Below, one piece after another: positions 17,470 to 28,203 of a stretch of 52,776 nucleotides of DNA. A program made the translations under genes and the position numbers. The stretch is from a virus (lineage: Duplodnaviria > Caudoviricetes). The DNA lies in IMG/VR virus record IMGVR_UViG_3300039309_000221, positions 1-52,776 of that record; one strand, written 5' to 3'. How positions within the stretch are numbered: the stretch's first letter is position 1; each line of letters begins with the position of its first letter. Below the pieces are notes generated by a model that did not search any database, had not been told where the DNA came from, and saw only the letters and a program-made list of their open reading frames with translations.

Positions 17470-17769
17470 ATGAGTTCTATATTCCCGAAGAAGTATCAAA
17501 AAATAATTGATGAGTTGCCAGAGTTTCGCGAGCAGGCAGAGGCGGCAAGCAAAGATGAGCTAAATCAAATAATTATTTTAGCCCAAGGAAATATATCAAA
17601 TATTGAGAAGGATTTAGAAGAAAATCAAGAAATAATTGATCAGAGAGAAAAATTGAAGCAAATGGTGGGTCCATACAAAGATGCGGTTCGTGTTCAGACG
17701 GCAAAGACAAAGTGGTGCCTTCATTTATTAAAAGAAAAAGGCGTAGAAATAGGAGGGAAAACCGAATAA
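17470..17769 (+). CDS. Hypothetical coiled-coil protein
   Basis: ORF track, AGGA RBS. Confidence 0.7.
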   Translation: MSSIFPKKYQKIIDELPEFREQAEAASKDELNQIIILAQGNISNIEKDLEENQEIIDQREKLKQMVGPYKDAVRVQTAKTKWCLHLLKEKGVEIGGKTE

Positions 17770-17784
17770 ATACTAATAAAACTT

Positions 17785-17820
17785 CATATAAGTAGAATTA
17801 ATTATGATTCTACTTATATG
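17785..17820. promoter_or_regulatory. Perfect 14-bp inverted repeat upstream of an endonuclease gene
   Basis: CATATAAGTAGAAT (17785-17798) / ATTCTACTTATATG (17807-17820). Confidence 0.6.
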
Positions 17821-17832
17821 TTGTGAGTTTTT

Positions 17833-19119
17833 ATGGTAAAAAGAAAAACAACAGAAGAGTTTATAATAGAAGCAAAAGAATTATATGGAGATAAGTTTGA
17901 TTATAGTAAAGTAGATTATAAAAATTGTAGAACTAAAATTATTATAATCTGTAAAAAGCACGGAGAGTTTGAGCAACTGCCTAACAATCATTTATCTGGA
18001 AGCGGATGCTGGTTATGTGGTATTGAAAATCAAAGAAAAGATCCAAATCTTTTTCTAAAAGAAGCAAAAGCTATTCACAATAATAAATATATTTATGATA
18101 AAGTCCAATATATAAATGATTGGACAGAAATAATAATTATATGTCCTATACATAATAAAGAGTTCAGACAATCACCAAATACTCATTTGCAAGGACACGG
18201 TTGTCCATATTGTGCAAATAACATTCAATTAACCAATGAGATTTTTGCAGATAAAGCAAATTATATACACAACTATCGCTATTCATATAATTATGTTGAT
18301 TATAAAAATAATCATACCAAAGTAAAAATAGGTTGTTTAATACACGGTATTTTTCAACAGACACCTAATGCTCATTTAAGTGGTGATGGGTGTCCAAGAT
18401 GTTCTAATTATGCAAGATTAGATACGGAGCTTTTTATTGAAAAAGCAAAATTAATCCAACCAGAAGGCAGATATAGTTATGATAATGTGTGTTATATAGA
18501 TCATCGCACGCCAATACAAATAACCTGCCTTTATCATAAAAAAGATTTTATACAAATGCCATATTTACATTTGCAGGGTCACGGTTGTCAAGATTGTTTT
18601 GCCAATGTAAAATACACAAATGAAACATATATAGAAAAAGCAAATATATTATATAATAATTTATATTGTTATGACAAATTAAATTATGATAATTGCAATA
18701 CCCCAATTATAATAATATGTAAAAAACACGGAGAGTTTAGTAGAAAGGCTTTTGTTCATTTACAAGGAGCTGGATGCCCCAAGTGTTATGAGTTTTCTAG
18801 TCGTTCTTCTAAAATAGAAGAAGAATGGCTAATCAGCTTAAATATTCCATCATTAAAGAAACAATGGCATATTTGTAAAACAAAATATTATGCAGATGGA
18901 TATGACCCAGCAACAAATACAATATATGAGTTTAATGGAGATTATTGGCACGGAAATCCAAATATTTATAAATCAGAAAATATTAATTTATCAGTAGATA
19001 AAACATATGGTGAATTATATAGAGATACTATTAAAAGAGAAGAAATAATAAGAAGCCTTGGATATAATTTGGTTGTTATGTGGGAAAGTGATTGGAAGAT
19101 ATTGAGAAAGGCGGCTTAA
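17833..19119 (+). CDS. Putative free-standing homing endonuclease: 5 Zn-binding repeats (DUF723-like) plus a Vsr/PD-(D/E)XK-like nuclease
   Basis: 5x CxxH..F...HL.G.GCxxC; C-terminal ADGYD..TNTIYEFNGDYWHGNP...WESDW. Confidence 0.8.
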   Translation: MVKRKTTEEFIIEAKELYGDKFDYSKVDYKNCRTKIIIICKKHGEFEQLPNNHLSGSGCWLCGIENQRKDPNLFLKEAKAIHNNKYIYDKVQYINDWTEIIIICPIHNKEFRQSPNTHLQGHGCPYCANNIQLTNEIFADKANYIHNYRYSYNYVDYKNNHTKVKIGCLIHGIFQQTPNAHLSGDGCPRCSNYARLDTELFIEKAKLIQPEGRYSYDNVCYIDHRTPIQITCLYHKKDFIQMPYLHLQGHGCQDCFANVKYTNETYIEKANILYNNLYCYDKLNYDNCNTPIIIICKKHGEFSRKAFVHLQGAGCPKCYEFSSRSSKIEEEWLISLNIPSLKKQWHICKTKYYADGYDPATNTIYEFNGDYWHGNPNIYKSENINLSVDKTYGELYRDTIKREEIIRSLGYNLVVMWESDWKILRKAA

Positions 19120-19401
19120 ATGGAGTTCTCGAAGACAGAAATTAAAAGTTGTTGCGGAGGAAGCTCTACCGTTTTAACATTATCGGGACCAATAACGGAT
19201 AATGTTGTTTCCCAATTAATATTATTTGGTTTTGATATAAAAGATATTTTTATCAAAGCTGGTATAGTTTATGCAGAAGGTCATAATGTCATCCTAACTG
19301 GACCAATAGGATCAAATCGTTTTAATATTAAGTTTCTATCTGAAAAAGATGTAGAGCAAAAGTTAAATGAGTTGGAAGCTATCATTAAAAAAATAGGATA
19401 A
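19120..19401 (+). CDS. Hypothetical protein
   Basis: ORF track, abuts the upstream stop. Confidence 0.7.
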   Translation: MEFSKTEIKSCCGGSSTVLTLSGPITDNVVSQLILFGFDIKDIFIKAGIVYAEGHNVILTGPIGSNRFNIKFLSEKDVEQKLNELEAIIKKIG

Positions 19402-19403
19402 CG

Positions 19404-20063
19404 ATGTCAAATAATAGCTATTCCTATTTTGCTAATATGGATAAAGTTTTTGTTTGCCATCACGAGGCGGGGCATACTACCGCAGGACTTATTTGTAGTA
19501 TGGTTGTGACCTCGGTTGAGATTTTTAGAGAAAAGAAAGGAGTTAAAAGATTTGGCGGGCTAACAAAGTTTGATTATATATGTTCTCGTGATATTGAAGA
19601 TATTGGAGTTCCTGATATTGAATGGGAATTAAAAATAAATGAGATTGCGATTAATTATGCAGGATTAGCGGCAGAGAAGATATTCTTTGAGAAGGTTTCG
19701 GGCTCAAAAAAGTTTCCCGGTATTTGGAAAGAAGGATCGCATTTAGATACAAAGTTTGCCTGCGATTTAATGACTAAATATAATTTAGCAAATGCTGGAA
19801 AAGAAAGATTAATATTAAAAAAGAATATTATTAATAATGTTAATAAGTTGCTCCTAAAACATTGGAGCGATGTTACTCTCATCGCACAGACATTATTCAA
19901 TAAAAATATACTGATGTATTCTGATCTACAAAAATTATTGATTAGTAAATCAGAAAATAAAGACTTTTGGAGAGAGCAGTTAAAGGGCACAAATAAATTA
20001 TTTGATTTATTTGATAATGATAAGTTATCGCCAGAAGATTTTAAGAAATTAATAAAAAAATAA
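19404..20063 (+). CDS. M41/FtsH-like zinc peptidase domain without ATPase
   Basis: HHEAGH, YAGLAAEKIF, GS..D motifs. Confidence 0.75.
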   Translation: MSNNSYSYFANMDKVFVCHHEAGHTTAGLICSMVVTSVEIFREKKGVKRFGGLTKFDYICSRDIEDIGVPDIEWELKINEIAINYAGLAAEKIFFEKVSGSKKFPGIWKEGSHLDTKFACDLMTKYNLANAGKERLILKKNIINNVNKLLLKHWSDVTLIAQTLFNKNILMYSDLQKLLISKSENKDFWREQLKGTNKLFDLFDNDKLSPEDFKKLIKK

Positions 20064-20154
20064 CAAATATCTCTGATAATACCGCCCAAGTTTTTAATTT
20101 GGATGTGCCTAATAAGCCGCGGATTGTTATCAAAATATAGAAAGGTAGTCCAAT

Positions 20155-23100
20155 ATGATCGATTTTGTTTCATTGCACAATCACACATATTATTCTATTC
20201 TCGACGCGATATCTGATCCAAATGATTTATTTTTGCGAGCGAAAGAATTAGGACAAAAAGCAATAGGGATAACAGAGCACGGCTCAATAAGTTCAGCGTG
20301 GGAGTGCTTAAAAGCATCAAAGCAAACAGGGGTGCGCCTAATTATAGGTTGCGAATGTTATTTTCAGGAGAATGTTGGATCTGATGAAAAGTTTCGACAT
20401 ATAATTCTTATCGCTAAAAATGCTATTGGATATAGAAATCTGCTAACTCTAAATAAGAGAGGATTTGATCAGGGAAAGGTTTTGTCCAAAAAGGTTTATT
20501 CTATTATTGATTGGAAATTATTGGAGCAATATTCAGAAGGATTAATATGTTTGACTGCGTGTGGTAATGGAATTATATCTCAATTATTAATGAATGGAAA
20601 GTTTGATGAGGCGGAGAGGACAATAATTCGATTAAAAGAATTATTTGGGAATAGTTTTGGATTAGAAGTGCATCCAAATAATATGGATAGAATGGGGACA
20701 TATTATTCAGACAAAATTGAACAGAGTTATATTAATAGAAAATTAATCAATTTAGGCAAAAAATTATCAGTAAGAGTGGTCGCGACCTGCAATTCTCATT
20801 ATATTAGAAAGGAAGAGAGTTCGGTGCACGACACATTGTTATCGATTGGATCTCATCAGCCTATATACTCTAATTTTAGATTGAAGTATCCATTAGATGA
20901 TTTTTATCTTAAATCGGGGGATGAGGTTTTAGCTTTTTTTACGAGAAACTATGGAGAAGAGGCAGCGAGAGGTTTTTGCGAGAATAGCATATATTTTGCT
21001 GATTTATGTGAAGCACCAGAATGGATCGATCCAAAGTTTTCTAATCCATCAGGAAAAGAATTGCCAGTATTCCCAATTAAAGATGAGACTGATTATGAAA
21101 AGTTTTTAGAATGGAAAGAGGCAAATATTGATAAGTGTCCAAAGGATGAAAAAGGAAACATTCTTAAAGACGATAGTTTATATTTGAGATATAAATGTTT
21201 TAATGCATTATTATCTTTTTTTGAGAGAAGACAAATTAAGGAATATAAAAAGAAAGAATATATAGATAGATTAGAAGAAGAGTTGGATACATTAGACTAT
21301 GTAGATGTATCCAGTTATATGTTAATCGTTTCTGACTATGTAAATTGGAGCCTAAATAATGGTGTGGCAGTTGGTCCTGGCAGGGGGAGCTGCGGAGGAA
21401 GTTTAGTTGCATTTTTATTAGGAATACATCAAGCTGATCCAATAAAATATGGATTAGTTTTTGCAAGATTTCACTCAAAGCTCAGAAAGTCTTACGCTGA
21501 CACAGACTTAGATTTCTCTAAAAAGAATAGGAATAAGGTTTTTAGTTATATAGAGCAAAAATATGGTAAAGATAATTTTTCACTTATCTCAAATGTTAAT
21601 ACGATAACACCGAAAGTTTATGTAAGAGATGTGGCACGGGCTTATGAATTAGGTGGGACAAAAGAAAATGCAGTTAAAATTGGTGATGATGTTGCCAGCA
21701 TTATATCAGCAGATTATCATTCAATAAATGAAGCGTTGAGTAAAGCACCATTATTTGAGGAATATTGTAAAAGATATCCAGAGTTCATAAAAAATAATAT
21801 GATATCTGGCGCATTAAGAAGCTGGGGAGTTCACGCGTCCGGGACTATTATTAGTAAAAGACCATTAACAGGATTAGTTCCAGTTCGCATAGATAAAGAT
21901 GGTGCGGCAGTTATAGAGTTTGATAAGGATACGGCAGAAGAAGTTGGATTAGTCAAAATGGATATTCTCGGACTTTCAGAATTAGATACAATGAATGATG
22001 TTATCGATATGATAAGAAAGAATGGAAAAGAGGTTCCAAATATAGATTTTGAGCAATATGATAAAGAAACTTATGATTTGATCTCATCGGGAGATACTTT
22101 TGGTGTTTTTCAATTTGGTAAATCTGGTGGGACTATCGATTTATGTAAAAAGATAAAGCCGAAGTCAATGGAAGACCTCGCTATAATAACTACATTAGCT
22201 CGTCCAGCATCAAAAGAGATTAGAGAAGATTTTATTAAGACAAAGAAAGGAATATTAAAAGTTCAATATCTTCATCCGTTGCTCAAAAATGCGTTTCATA
22301 AAACATATGGCTTTCCATTGTATGATGAAAGTTTATTGATCCTTGCAAAAGATGTTGCTGGTTGGGATCTTGCAGAAGCTGATAAATTAAGAAAACTAAC
22401 AAAAGAAAAAGGTAAAAATCCAGAGAAAGCAAAAAAATGGGAAAAGGAGTTTATTGAAGGGGCAGTAAAAAATGGCGTTTCTGAAAAAGATGCTAACGAA
22501 ATATGGGAGCGGGTCATATTGCCCTATGGCAAATATTCCTTCAATAAGTCGCACGCTATACTTTATTCTATCATAACATATAAGACTGCCTATCTTAAAG
22601 CACATTTTCCGATAGAGTTTCTTATGGCAAATCTTATGTCAGAATTATCATCAGGGGCACAGGATGCGGACGAGAAGGTTGTCAAAATTAAAACAGAGTT
22701 AAGAAGTCGTGGAGTTTCCATATTAGCGCCAAATATTAATACATCAGAAATGGACTACAAATTAATTGATGACAAAACACTATTGACAGGGTTAAATGCA
22801 TTAAAGTTTGTCGGCGAGGAAGCTATTCTCGATATTGTTGAGAAGCGACCATTTAAGAGTTTTTATGATTTTATGGTTCGCATCGACCCTCATAAAGTTA
22901 GATCAAATACAATTCAAGCACTTATTGCGTCGGGAAGTATGGATTGTTTTGGATTGCCACGAAAGTCAATGTTTCTCTATTGCTCTGATTATAGAAAGAA
23001 GTTGCAAGTTTGGGCGAAGAAGCATAATATAGAAACTGATGAGTTCTCATATCCGTGGGAAGAGACAGATGAATGGAAGTTGCACGAATTATATGCATTA

Positions 23101-23688
23101 GAGATGAATTATTTGGGAGAAGCATTTATATGCGCGCCCGCGGATGCATATGGAAAGTTTTTTAAGGATGATCATAATACGGTTGTTGATATTAAACAAA
23201 TGAAGGATAAAGAAAAAGTTCCTAATATGAAATGCATATTGCAAAGCTTTTTTGAGTTTAAGGTTAAGAAAGAGGGATCAAAATATTATGGAATGCCAAT
23301 GATTAAAGCGGTTATTCAAGATAAAAATGGAGAGCAATGCCCGATGACTATATTTTCAGATCGTTGGATGCAAATGCAAAGAATTATGAAGAGTATGAAT
23401 AGTAAGGCAGTTTTTGATAAAGGATTGGCATTATGTTTTGCTGGAAGCACAAATAATTATGAGGATGAGATTGGTATCATAATGGAGGATTTGTTTAGTA
23501 TAGCATTGCCGCCAGCATTGCCAATAGATCGTAAGGCAAAGAAAATTAATCTGAAACAGTTAAAAGAAAAAGTTCAGCAGGTTTTGGCGGGGACAGAAAA
23601 AGAAATTGAGGAAGAGATAGAGGACGATTTAATTAATGAAGGACTGCTCGATTTAGAAAATGATATGGAGTTTCCTGACTATGAATAA
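20155..23688 (+). CDS. dnaE: DNA polymerase III alpha subunit (family C)
   Basis: PHP domain (LHNHTYYSILD), GPGRGSCGGSLV, DTDLD, HASG, VKMDILGL, YSFNKSHA, OB fold; no intein seen. Confidence 0.97.
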   Translation: MIDFVSLHNHTYYSILDAISDPNDLFLRAKELGQKAIGITEHGSISSAWECLKASKQTGVRLIIGCECYFQENVGSDEKFRHIILIAKNAIGYRNLLTLNKRGFDQGKVLSKKVYSIIDWKLLEQYSEGLICLTACGNGIISQLLMNGKFDEAERTIIRLKELFGNSFGLEVHPNNMDRMGTYYSDKIEQSYINRKLINLGKKLSVRVVATCNSHYIRKEESSVHDTLLSIGSHQPIYSNFRLKYPLDDFYLKSGDEVLAFFTRNYGEEAARGFCENSIYFADLCEAPEWIDPKFSNPSGKELPVFPIKDETDYEKFLEWKEANIDKCPKDEKGNILKDDSLYLRYKCFNALLSFFERRQIKEYKKKEYIDRLEEELDTLDYVDVSSYMLIVSDYVNWSLNNGVAVGPGRGSCGGSLVAFLLGIHQADPIKYGLVFARFHSKLRKSYADTDLDFSKKNRNKVFSYIEQKYGKDNFSLISNVNTITPKVYVRDVARAYELGGTKENAVKIGDDVASIISADYHSINEALSKAPLFEEYCKRYPEFIKNNMISGALRSWGVHASGTIISKRPLTGLVPVRIDKDGAAVIEFDKDTAEEVGLVKMDILGLSELDTMNDVIDMIRKNGKEVPNIDFEQYDKETYDLISSGDTFGVFQFGKSGGTIDLCKKIKPKSMEDLAIITTLARPASKEIREDFIKTKKGILKVQYLHPLLKNAFHKTYGFPLYDESLLILAKDVAGWDLAEADKLRKLTKEKGKNPEKAKKWEKEFIEGAVKNGVSEKDANEIWERVILPYGKYSFNKSHAILYSIITYKTAYLKAHFPIEFLMANLMSELSSGAQDADEKVVKIKTELRSRGVSILAPNINTSEMDYKLIDDKTLLTGLNALKFVGEEAILDIVEKRPFKSFYDFMVRIDPHKVRSNTIQALIASGSMDCFGLPRKSMFLYCSDYRKKLQVWAKKHNIETDEFSYPWEETDEWKLHELYALEMNYLGEAFICAPADAYGKFFKDDHNTVVDIKQMKDKEKVPNMKCILQSFFEFKVKKEGSKYYGMPMIKAVIQDKNGEQCPMTIFSDRWMQMQRIMKSMNSKAVFDKGLALCFAGSTNNYEDEIGIIMEDLFSIALPPALPIDRKAKKINLKQLKEKVQQVLAGTEKEIEEEIEDDLINEGLLDLENDMEFPDYE

Positions 23689-23735
23689 AATATTTGTGAT
23701 AAAATTAGCCCAATGATGACGGGATCGAAAACTCG

Positions 23736-23744
23736 TGATATATA
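23736..23744 (+). promoter_or_regulatory. TGATATATA putative phage promoter element
   Basis: Intergenic, upstream of AAGGAG RBS and ATG 23764. Confidence 0.5.
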
Positions 23745-23763
23745 GAGGGACAAGGAGAAATCG

Positions 23764-24840
23764 ATGACAACAATAAAACAATTTTTAACCGCTCGACCAA
23801 AACTACTCACTCTTTATGTTAAGGTCGGAACGAGGCTGACCGACATATTAGCCTCGCTTTCTAAAAATGTTTCCGAGCATTTACGATTTATGCTTTATGA
23901 TAGAGAAAAAGATTTTGCCGAAAAGAAAGCTGCGGCAGAAAAGCTTTTAGAGGAGATGGAAGAAAATAAATATAAAGAGCTAAAATTATCAGAAATTGAT
24001 AAGATTAAAATGGATTTTCTTAAAAAAGAATATAGTAAGATAAATGATGTTAAAGTAAAACGACATTTTTCAGATACAGATTATATTGACCTAAATAGAA
24101 TTAGGCAATACGATATAGCTGAAAAAGTTTTTAATGAGATTAAAGAAAAGAATAAAGATATTGATTTTCGTAAGTTTCTGCAACTAACAGATTTATCAAT
24201 GATAGATAGTCCTCTTTCCCAAGAAAATACTTTTGATAAGGAAAAGTTTGAGGAAGCAAAAAAGACACACGAAAAAATAATGTTAGCTATTAAAAATATG
24301 AGCAATCGATTTGATAGATATGGGCAGCATAATCACGATCATATTAATTTTTCTGATTGGGAATTAGATGAAAATAATAATTATGCTAATAATGAAATTG
24401 AGGATATGGAAAAGCGACTTGTAATACTTGGAGAAAAAATACAATCAGTGAAAGCACAAAAAGAAATAGAAGAACAAAAGCCAGAACCAATTGTTTTTCA
24501 ATCATCGGTAGATATAAGCACACAGAGTATATCCGATTTTGATCAGCATTTGACGGATGCACAAAAAGATATTGAGGCAAATAAAGAAGTTTCACCAGTA
24601 ATCTCATTAATTTTAGATAAATCGCCGACAAAAGATGAATTAGAAGAGTTTAAGAAGACTTTCGAGGAAACAAAGAAAAATAATAATTGTTGTATGCTTA
24701 ATCATTCATCTAAAATAGAATTGGTCGAATTAAAGGAAGATGATAAGCAAATAACATTTGATGACTACATCAAAACCAAAGATACAGTCAATGCTAATGT
24801 TTCTGGTTTTGAGACAGTTATTGTGGGAGAAAACAAATGA
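23764..24840 (+). CDS. Hypothetical charged coiled-coil protein
   Basis: ORF track, strong RBS. Confidence 0.7.
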   Translation: MTTIKQFLTARPKLLTLYVKVGTRLTDILASLSKNVSEHLRFMLYDREKDFAEKKAAAEKLLEEMEENKYKELKLSEIDKIKMDFLKKEYSKINDVKVKRHFSDTDYIDLNRIRQYDIAEKVFNEIKEKNKDIDFRKFLQLTDLSMIDSPLSQENTFDKEKFEEAKKTHEKIMLAIKNMSNRFDRYGQHNHDHINFSDWELDENNNYANNEIEDMEKRLVILGEKIQSVKAQKEIEEQKPEPIVFQSSVDISTQSISDFDQHLTDAQKDIEANKEVSPVISLILDKSPTKDELEEFKKTFEETKKNNNCCMLNHSSKIELVELKEDDKQITFDDYIKTKDTVNANVSGFETVIVGENK

Positions 24841-25652
24841 AATGTTTCAGTTGTGAGACAGAAATTAACCCAAGGTGGAAAAATGCAATAGAGAGTAATG
24901 TTTGTCCTTTTTGCGGCGAACACATTGTTGATGAAAAGTTGAAGACATTGCTCTCAACATTAAGAGAAACAATGGATGGAATGAAAGAGTTTCAGCAAGA
25001 GCTCGATGATTGGATGTTATCAAATCATAACTACATAAAGACGAATGCAGAAAATCTGCATACTTTCATTCCAAAGGAAATATTAAAAGAGGCGGCGAAG
25101 GAAGATAAAGAAGAGTTTGAGAAGCGAAAGAATAAGAAGTTTAAGACAAAGGTGAGCACAGATTTAGGTGAAGAAGAAGTCGTCGTCGAACAAATACAAT
25201 CAAATGAAGAGGCAAACGAGTTTGCAAAGCGAGCAGAAGCGACGAAGTTTACAGAGAAAACACAATCATTAAAAGAAAAGGTTAAGCAGATTAAAAGCGG
25301 TGGCGCCGCTGCGTTGACAGCAATGGGCGGAGGCGTTATAACTGCTGATATGGTTTCTAATCTGGATAAAGCAGATGTTTCATTATATGAGAGCCAAATA
25401 ACAGGTGGTGCCGATATGGAAGCGCTGACAGGCGGCGAGCCATATGAATATGGCGATCCAAATGATGAAATAGATGATATAGGAGTTGATGATGATTTGC
25501 CACCATCACCTTTTGTTAATATGCCGGTTAAAAAAGCAGGAAGATCACAGCAGCAACAAGCCGATCTCGATAAATTAAGAGCATTGCAGGCAAACGCTGG
25601 CGGAGCGAGAAAAAGATTGCTTTCAGGAAAAGGTGGGTTTTCGAGAGGATAA
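24837..25652 (+). CDS. Hypothetical protein with N-terminal zinc ribbon
   Basis: MKCFSC...CPFCG. Confidence 0.7.
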   Translation: MKCFSCETEINPRWKNAIESNVCPFCGEHIVDEKLKTLLSTLRETMDGMKEFQQELDDWMLSNHNYIKTNAENLHTFIPKEILKEAAKEDKEEFEKRKNKKFKTKVSTDLGEEEVVVEQIQSNEEANEFAKRAEATKFTEKTQSLKEKVKQIKSGGAAALTAMGGGVITADMVSNLDKADVSLYESQITGGADMEALTGGEPYEYGDPNDEIDDIGVDDDLPPSPFVNMPVKKAGRSQQQQADLDKLRALQANAGGARKRLLSGKGGFSRG

Positions 25653-25653
25653 T

Positions 25654-26016
25654 ATGGTGATTAGAGTAGTAGATAATAAGAAACTACTAATGACGGTAGA
25701 GGAAAGTGCTCTTTATGATAGAATTGTGTCCAGTTATACGAATACTACAAATAATGGAAAAGATCTATTCCAAGATCTTTTTGAAACTGATGATAATGGA
25801 ATAATAAGAGCACTCATCCCTCCTTCGAAGAAAAGAACCTCATTTGAGGTATGGATATTTTTAGTTAATCTAATGGTCTCTCAACACATCGCTATTATGT
25901 ATGAACAAGCCGCGGATGTTGCGACACAATTTAAGGCAAAGATGGCGGAATTAGATAAAAAGATTGCAGAGGTAGATCAAAAACTAAAACGATTGGATAA
26001 GAAGAAAGGCGAATAA
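25654..26016 (+). CDS. Hypothetical protein
   Basis: GAGGA RBS before ATG 25654. Confidence 0.7.
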   Translation: MVIRVVDNKKLLMTVEESALYDRIVSSYTNTTNNGKDLFQDLFETDDNGIIRALIPPSKKRTSFEVWIFLVNLMVSQHIAIMYEQAADVATQFKAKMAELDKKIAEVDQKLKRLDKKKGE

Positions 26017-26018
26017 TA

Positions 26019-26531
26019 ATGGCTACATTAGGAGAGTTCATCGGAGAAGGAATGGAAGATGATTTTTTAGATTTTGATCTTTCCGAGATACAGGAAATAT
26101 TGAATAATCTCAAAAATACAAATGCTATTGATTTAGCACATAGTGAATATTTGCAGCAAAGATGCTTAAATGGAGCAGATGTTCTTATCGAGTATCTCGG
26201 TAAATTAACAAAAATGGCTGGGTTTTATGAAACAAAGATTAATACAGCGAAGAATAAAGCAAGCTTGGAATATCAGAGCCCCGATGGAAAAAAAGCGAGC
26301 ACCGATATAAGGATATGGGCGGGAGCGGTCGCTCCCGAAGTTGAAGAGCTGCAAATAAAAATGGCAAAAATAAAAGCAAGTCGCTTGGTCATCGAAAAGA
26401 AATATGATTTGTTGATCAAAGCTCATCATCATTGGAAGAGCATAAGTGATGGATATAAGAAGAGCATACTAGGATATTCAGCGCCAGTTTTTAATGACGA
26501 AAAAGACGAAATACCCGAAGGATATCGGTAA
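26019..26531 (+). CDS. Helical protein, possibly a UvsY-like recombination mediator
   Basis: 170 aa, predicted helical, directly upstream of the recombinase; function is inference only. Confidence 0.4.
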   Translation: MATLGEFIGEGMEDDFLDFDLSEIQEILNNLKNTNAIDLAHSEYLQQRCLNGADVLIEYLGKLTKMAGFYETKINTAKNKASLEYQSPDGKKASTDIRIWAGAVAPEVEELQIKMAKIKASRLVIEKKYDLLIKAHHHWKSISDGYKKSILGYSAPVFNDEKDEIPEGYR

Positions 26532-26580
26532 AATAAAAAGATATAGCGAAAAATCAAAAAAGATAAAAAGTCGTAGAGCG

Positions 26581-26589
26581 TGATATATA
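26581..26589 (+). promoter_or_regulatory. TGATATATA putative phage promoter element
   Basis: Intergenic, upstream of the recA-like gene. Confidence 0.5.
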
Positions 26590-26616
26590 GAGTATGAACA
26601 TTTTGAGAGGATGATT

Positions 26617-27849
26617 ATGGCGAAGGACGCAAAAACAGATAAACTTACTGCATTTTTTAGAAGCTTTGCAGAAGCAGATGAGGCACTTAATTTTAGAATG
26701 GCTTGTGAAACAGTGGGAGAAAAGACCGACGTTATATCAACTGGAACACCATCGCTCGACGATGCGTTGGCGTGTGGCGGATTGCCCTGCGGCAGATTGA
26801 TACAGTACTACGGTGCGGCGGCATCGGGCAAAACTTTAATGAGCCTATTAGCTATTAAAGAGGCGCAAAAAAAAGATCCTACTGCGCGACAGTTATTTAT
26901 AGATGCAGAACAGACTTTTTCTTCAACTTGGGCAGATACTCTCGGCGTTGATACTTCGCGTGTTATTCTAATCGAAGGAGATCTTTCTAGCAATGGAAGA
27001 CGCTTATTTGAGATGTTGCTTGGTGTTCCAAAAGAAAACGCAAAACATATTCTTTCAGGAAAGAGTAGAGAGGGACTGCTTGATAAAATAATGAATAAAG
27101 AGAAAGAGTATAACATAAATATTATTGTGCTTGATAGCCTTGGAGCAATCGTGCCGCCCCAAGAAGACACGGCAGCAATTGGTAAGCAAAATATGGCACT
27201 ATTATCAAGATTTTTGACAACAACTTTCCGTAAGCTTTCTCTTGAAGTTAAAAAAGCAAATATTCCATTTGTTATTATCAATCACCAAAAGGCATCATTT
27301 GATATGTATGGGGCAAGCCATAGCTATTCTGGTGGAAACTCATATACTCACTTTTTAAGCGTTAATATCTATTTTGAGGCAGTTAATCGCGCAGACGCAA
27401 AAATATTAGATGAGAATGAAAATAGAATTGGATCAACTATACGGGCGTGCGCGGAGAAGAATAAGCTTGGTCCGCACCCTCGTCGATGCGAATTTAAGGT
27501 TAATTTTAGCTCTGGTATTATTGATAGGCATGAAGAGATTGGAAAGCTTGCAACTGACTATGATATTGTTCTTCGTCCCAATAATGTGATGTATCAATAT
27601 GGTGATGTAAAATGGCGCGGCGAGGGAGCATTTTTAGACGCCATTAAATCCTCTCCATCTCTTGCTCTCGAATTAGAGCAAAAGATAGAGCAGGCAAGAG
27701 ACACGAAATGGGAAAGAAAACGAGCCGAACAAGAGGCAATAAAAGCTGGTGAAATCCCAACGGCATCTAAAAAGCCCTCGGCATTAGATTTTATTAATTC
27801 ATCAAAAGATGAAGAAGAAAATGATCTTTCAGAAGTTGAAGGAGAATAA
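26617..27849 (+). CDS. recA: RecA/UvsX-like recombinase
   Basis: ISTGTPSLDDAL..GGLP.GR, GAAASGKT, FIDAE, IVLDSL, INH (UvsX-like), KNK. Confidence 0.92.
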   Translation: MAKDAKTDKLTAFFRSFAEADEALNFRMACETVGEKTDVISTGTPSLDDALACGGLPCGRLIQYYGAAASGKTLMSLLAIKEAQKKDPTARQLFIDAEQTFSSTWADTLGVDTSRVILIEGDLSSNGRRLFEMLLGVPKENAKHILSGKSREGLLDKIMNKEKEYNINIIVLDSLGAIVPPQEDTAAIGKQNMALLSRFLTTTFRKLSLEVKKANIPFVIINHQKASFDMYGASHSYSGGNSYTHFLSVNIYFEAVNRADAKILDENENRIGSTIRACAEKNKLGPHPRRCEFKVNFSSGIIDRHEEIGKLATDYDIVLRPNNVMYQYGDVKWRGEGAFLDAIKSSPSLALELEQKIEQARDTKWERKRAEQEAIKAGEIPTASKKPSALDFINSSKDEEENDLSEVEGE

Positions 27850-27852
27850 CAT

Positions 27853-28188
27853 ATGTCATCAGATTTTGCAATAGCGCCAACATTAACTCTCCCATCGGCT
27901 ACGAGCCGAACGAAACCATCATATCTCATCGTTTTAGAGAGTAGTAGCTTCCTCCCATCGAAAAAAACTTCCGCCGCACCAGCGAGACGCTTCATAACAT
28001 TCGATAAGCCATCGCTGCTCAACGGTTTCGTAGAAGTAAAAGGATTTTGGACAGAGTTATCAGAAGAGATAATATCGGCTACATTTTCAGATGTAATCTC
28101 TAATATTCCAAAAGAAGAGGTGGTCGAACTTATGATACCGTTTCATAAGATTGACTATATGAAGAGTTTAGTATTCAAGCAGAAGTAA
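27853..28188 (+). CDS. Hypothetical protein
   Basis: GGAG RBS, ORF track. Confidence 0.65.
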   Translation: MSSDFAIAPTLTLPSATSRTKPSYLIVLESSSFLPSKKTSAAPARRFITFDKPSLLNGFVEVKGFWTELSEEIISATFSDVISNIPKEEVVELMIPFHKIDYMKSLVFKQK

Positions 28189-28203
28189 AGAAAGGAAATT
28201 ATT

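Noticed and set aside
20155-27849. Inteins or introns in dnaE or recA (terL also checked)
   Set aside because: Lengths are normal, motifs are contiguous and no intein splice-junction motifs were seen
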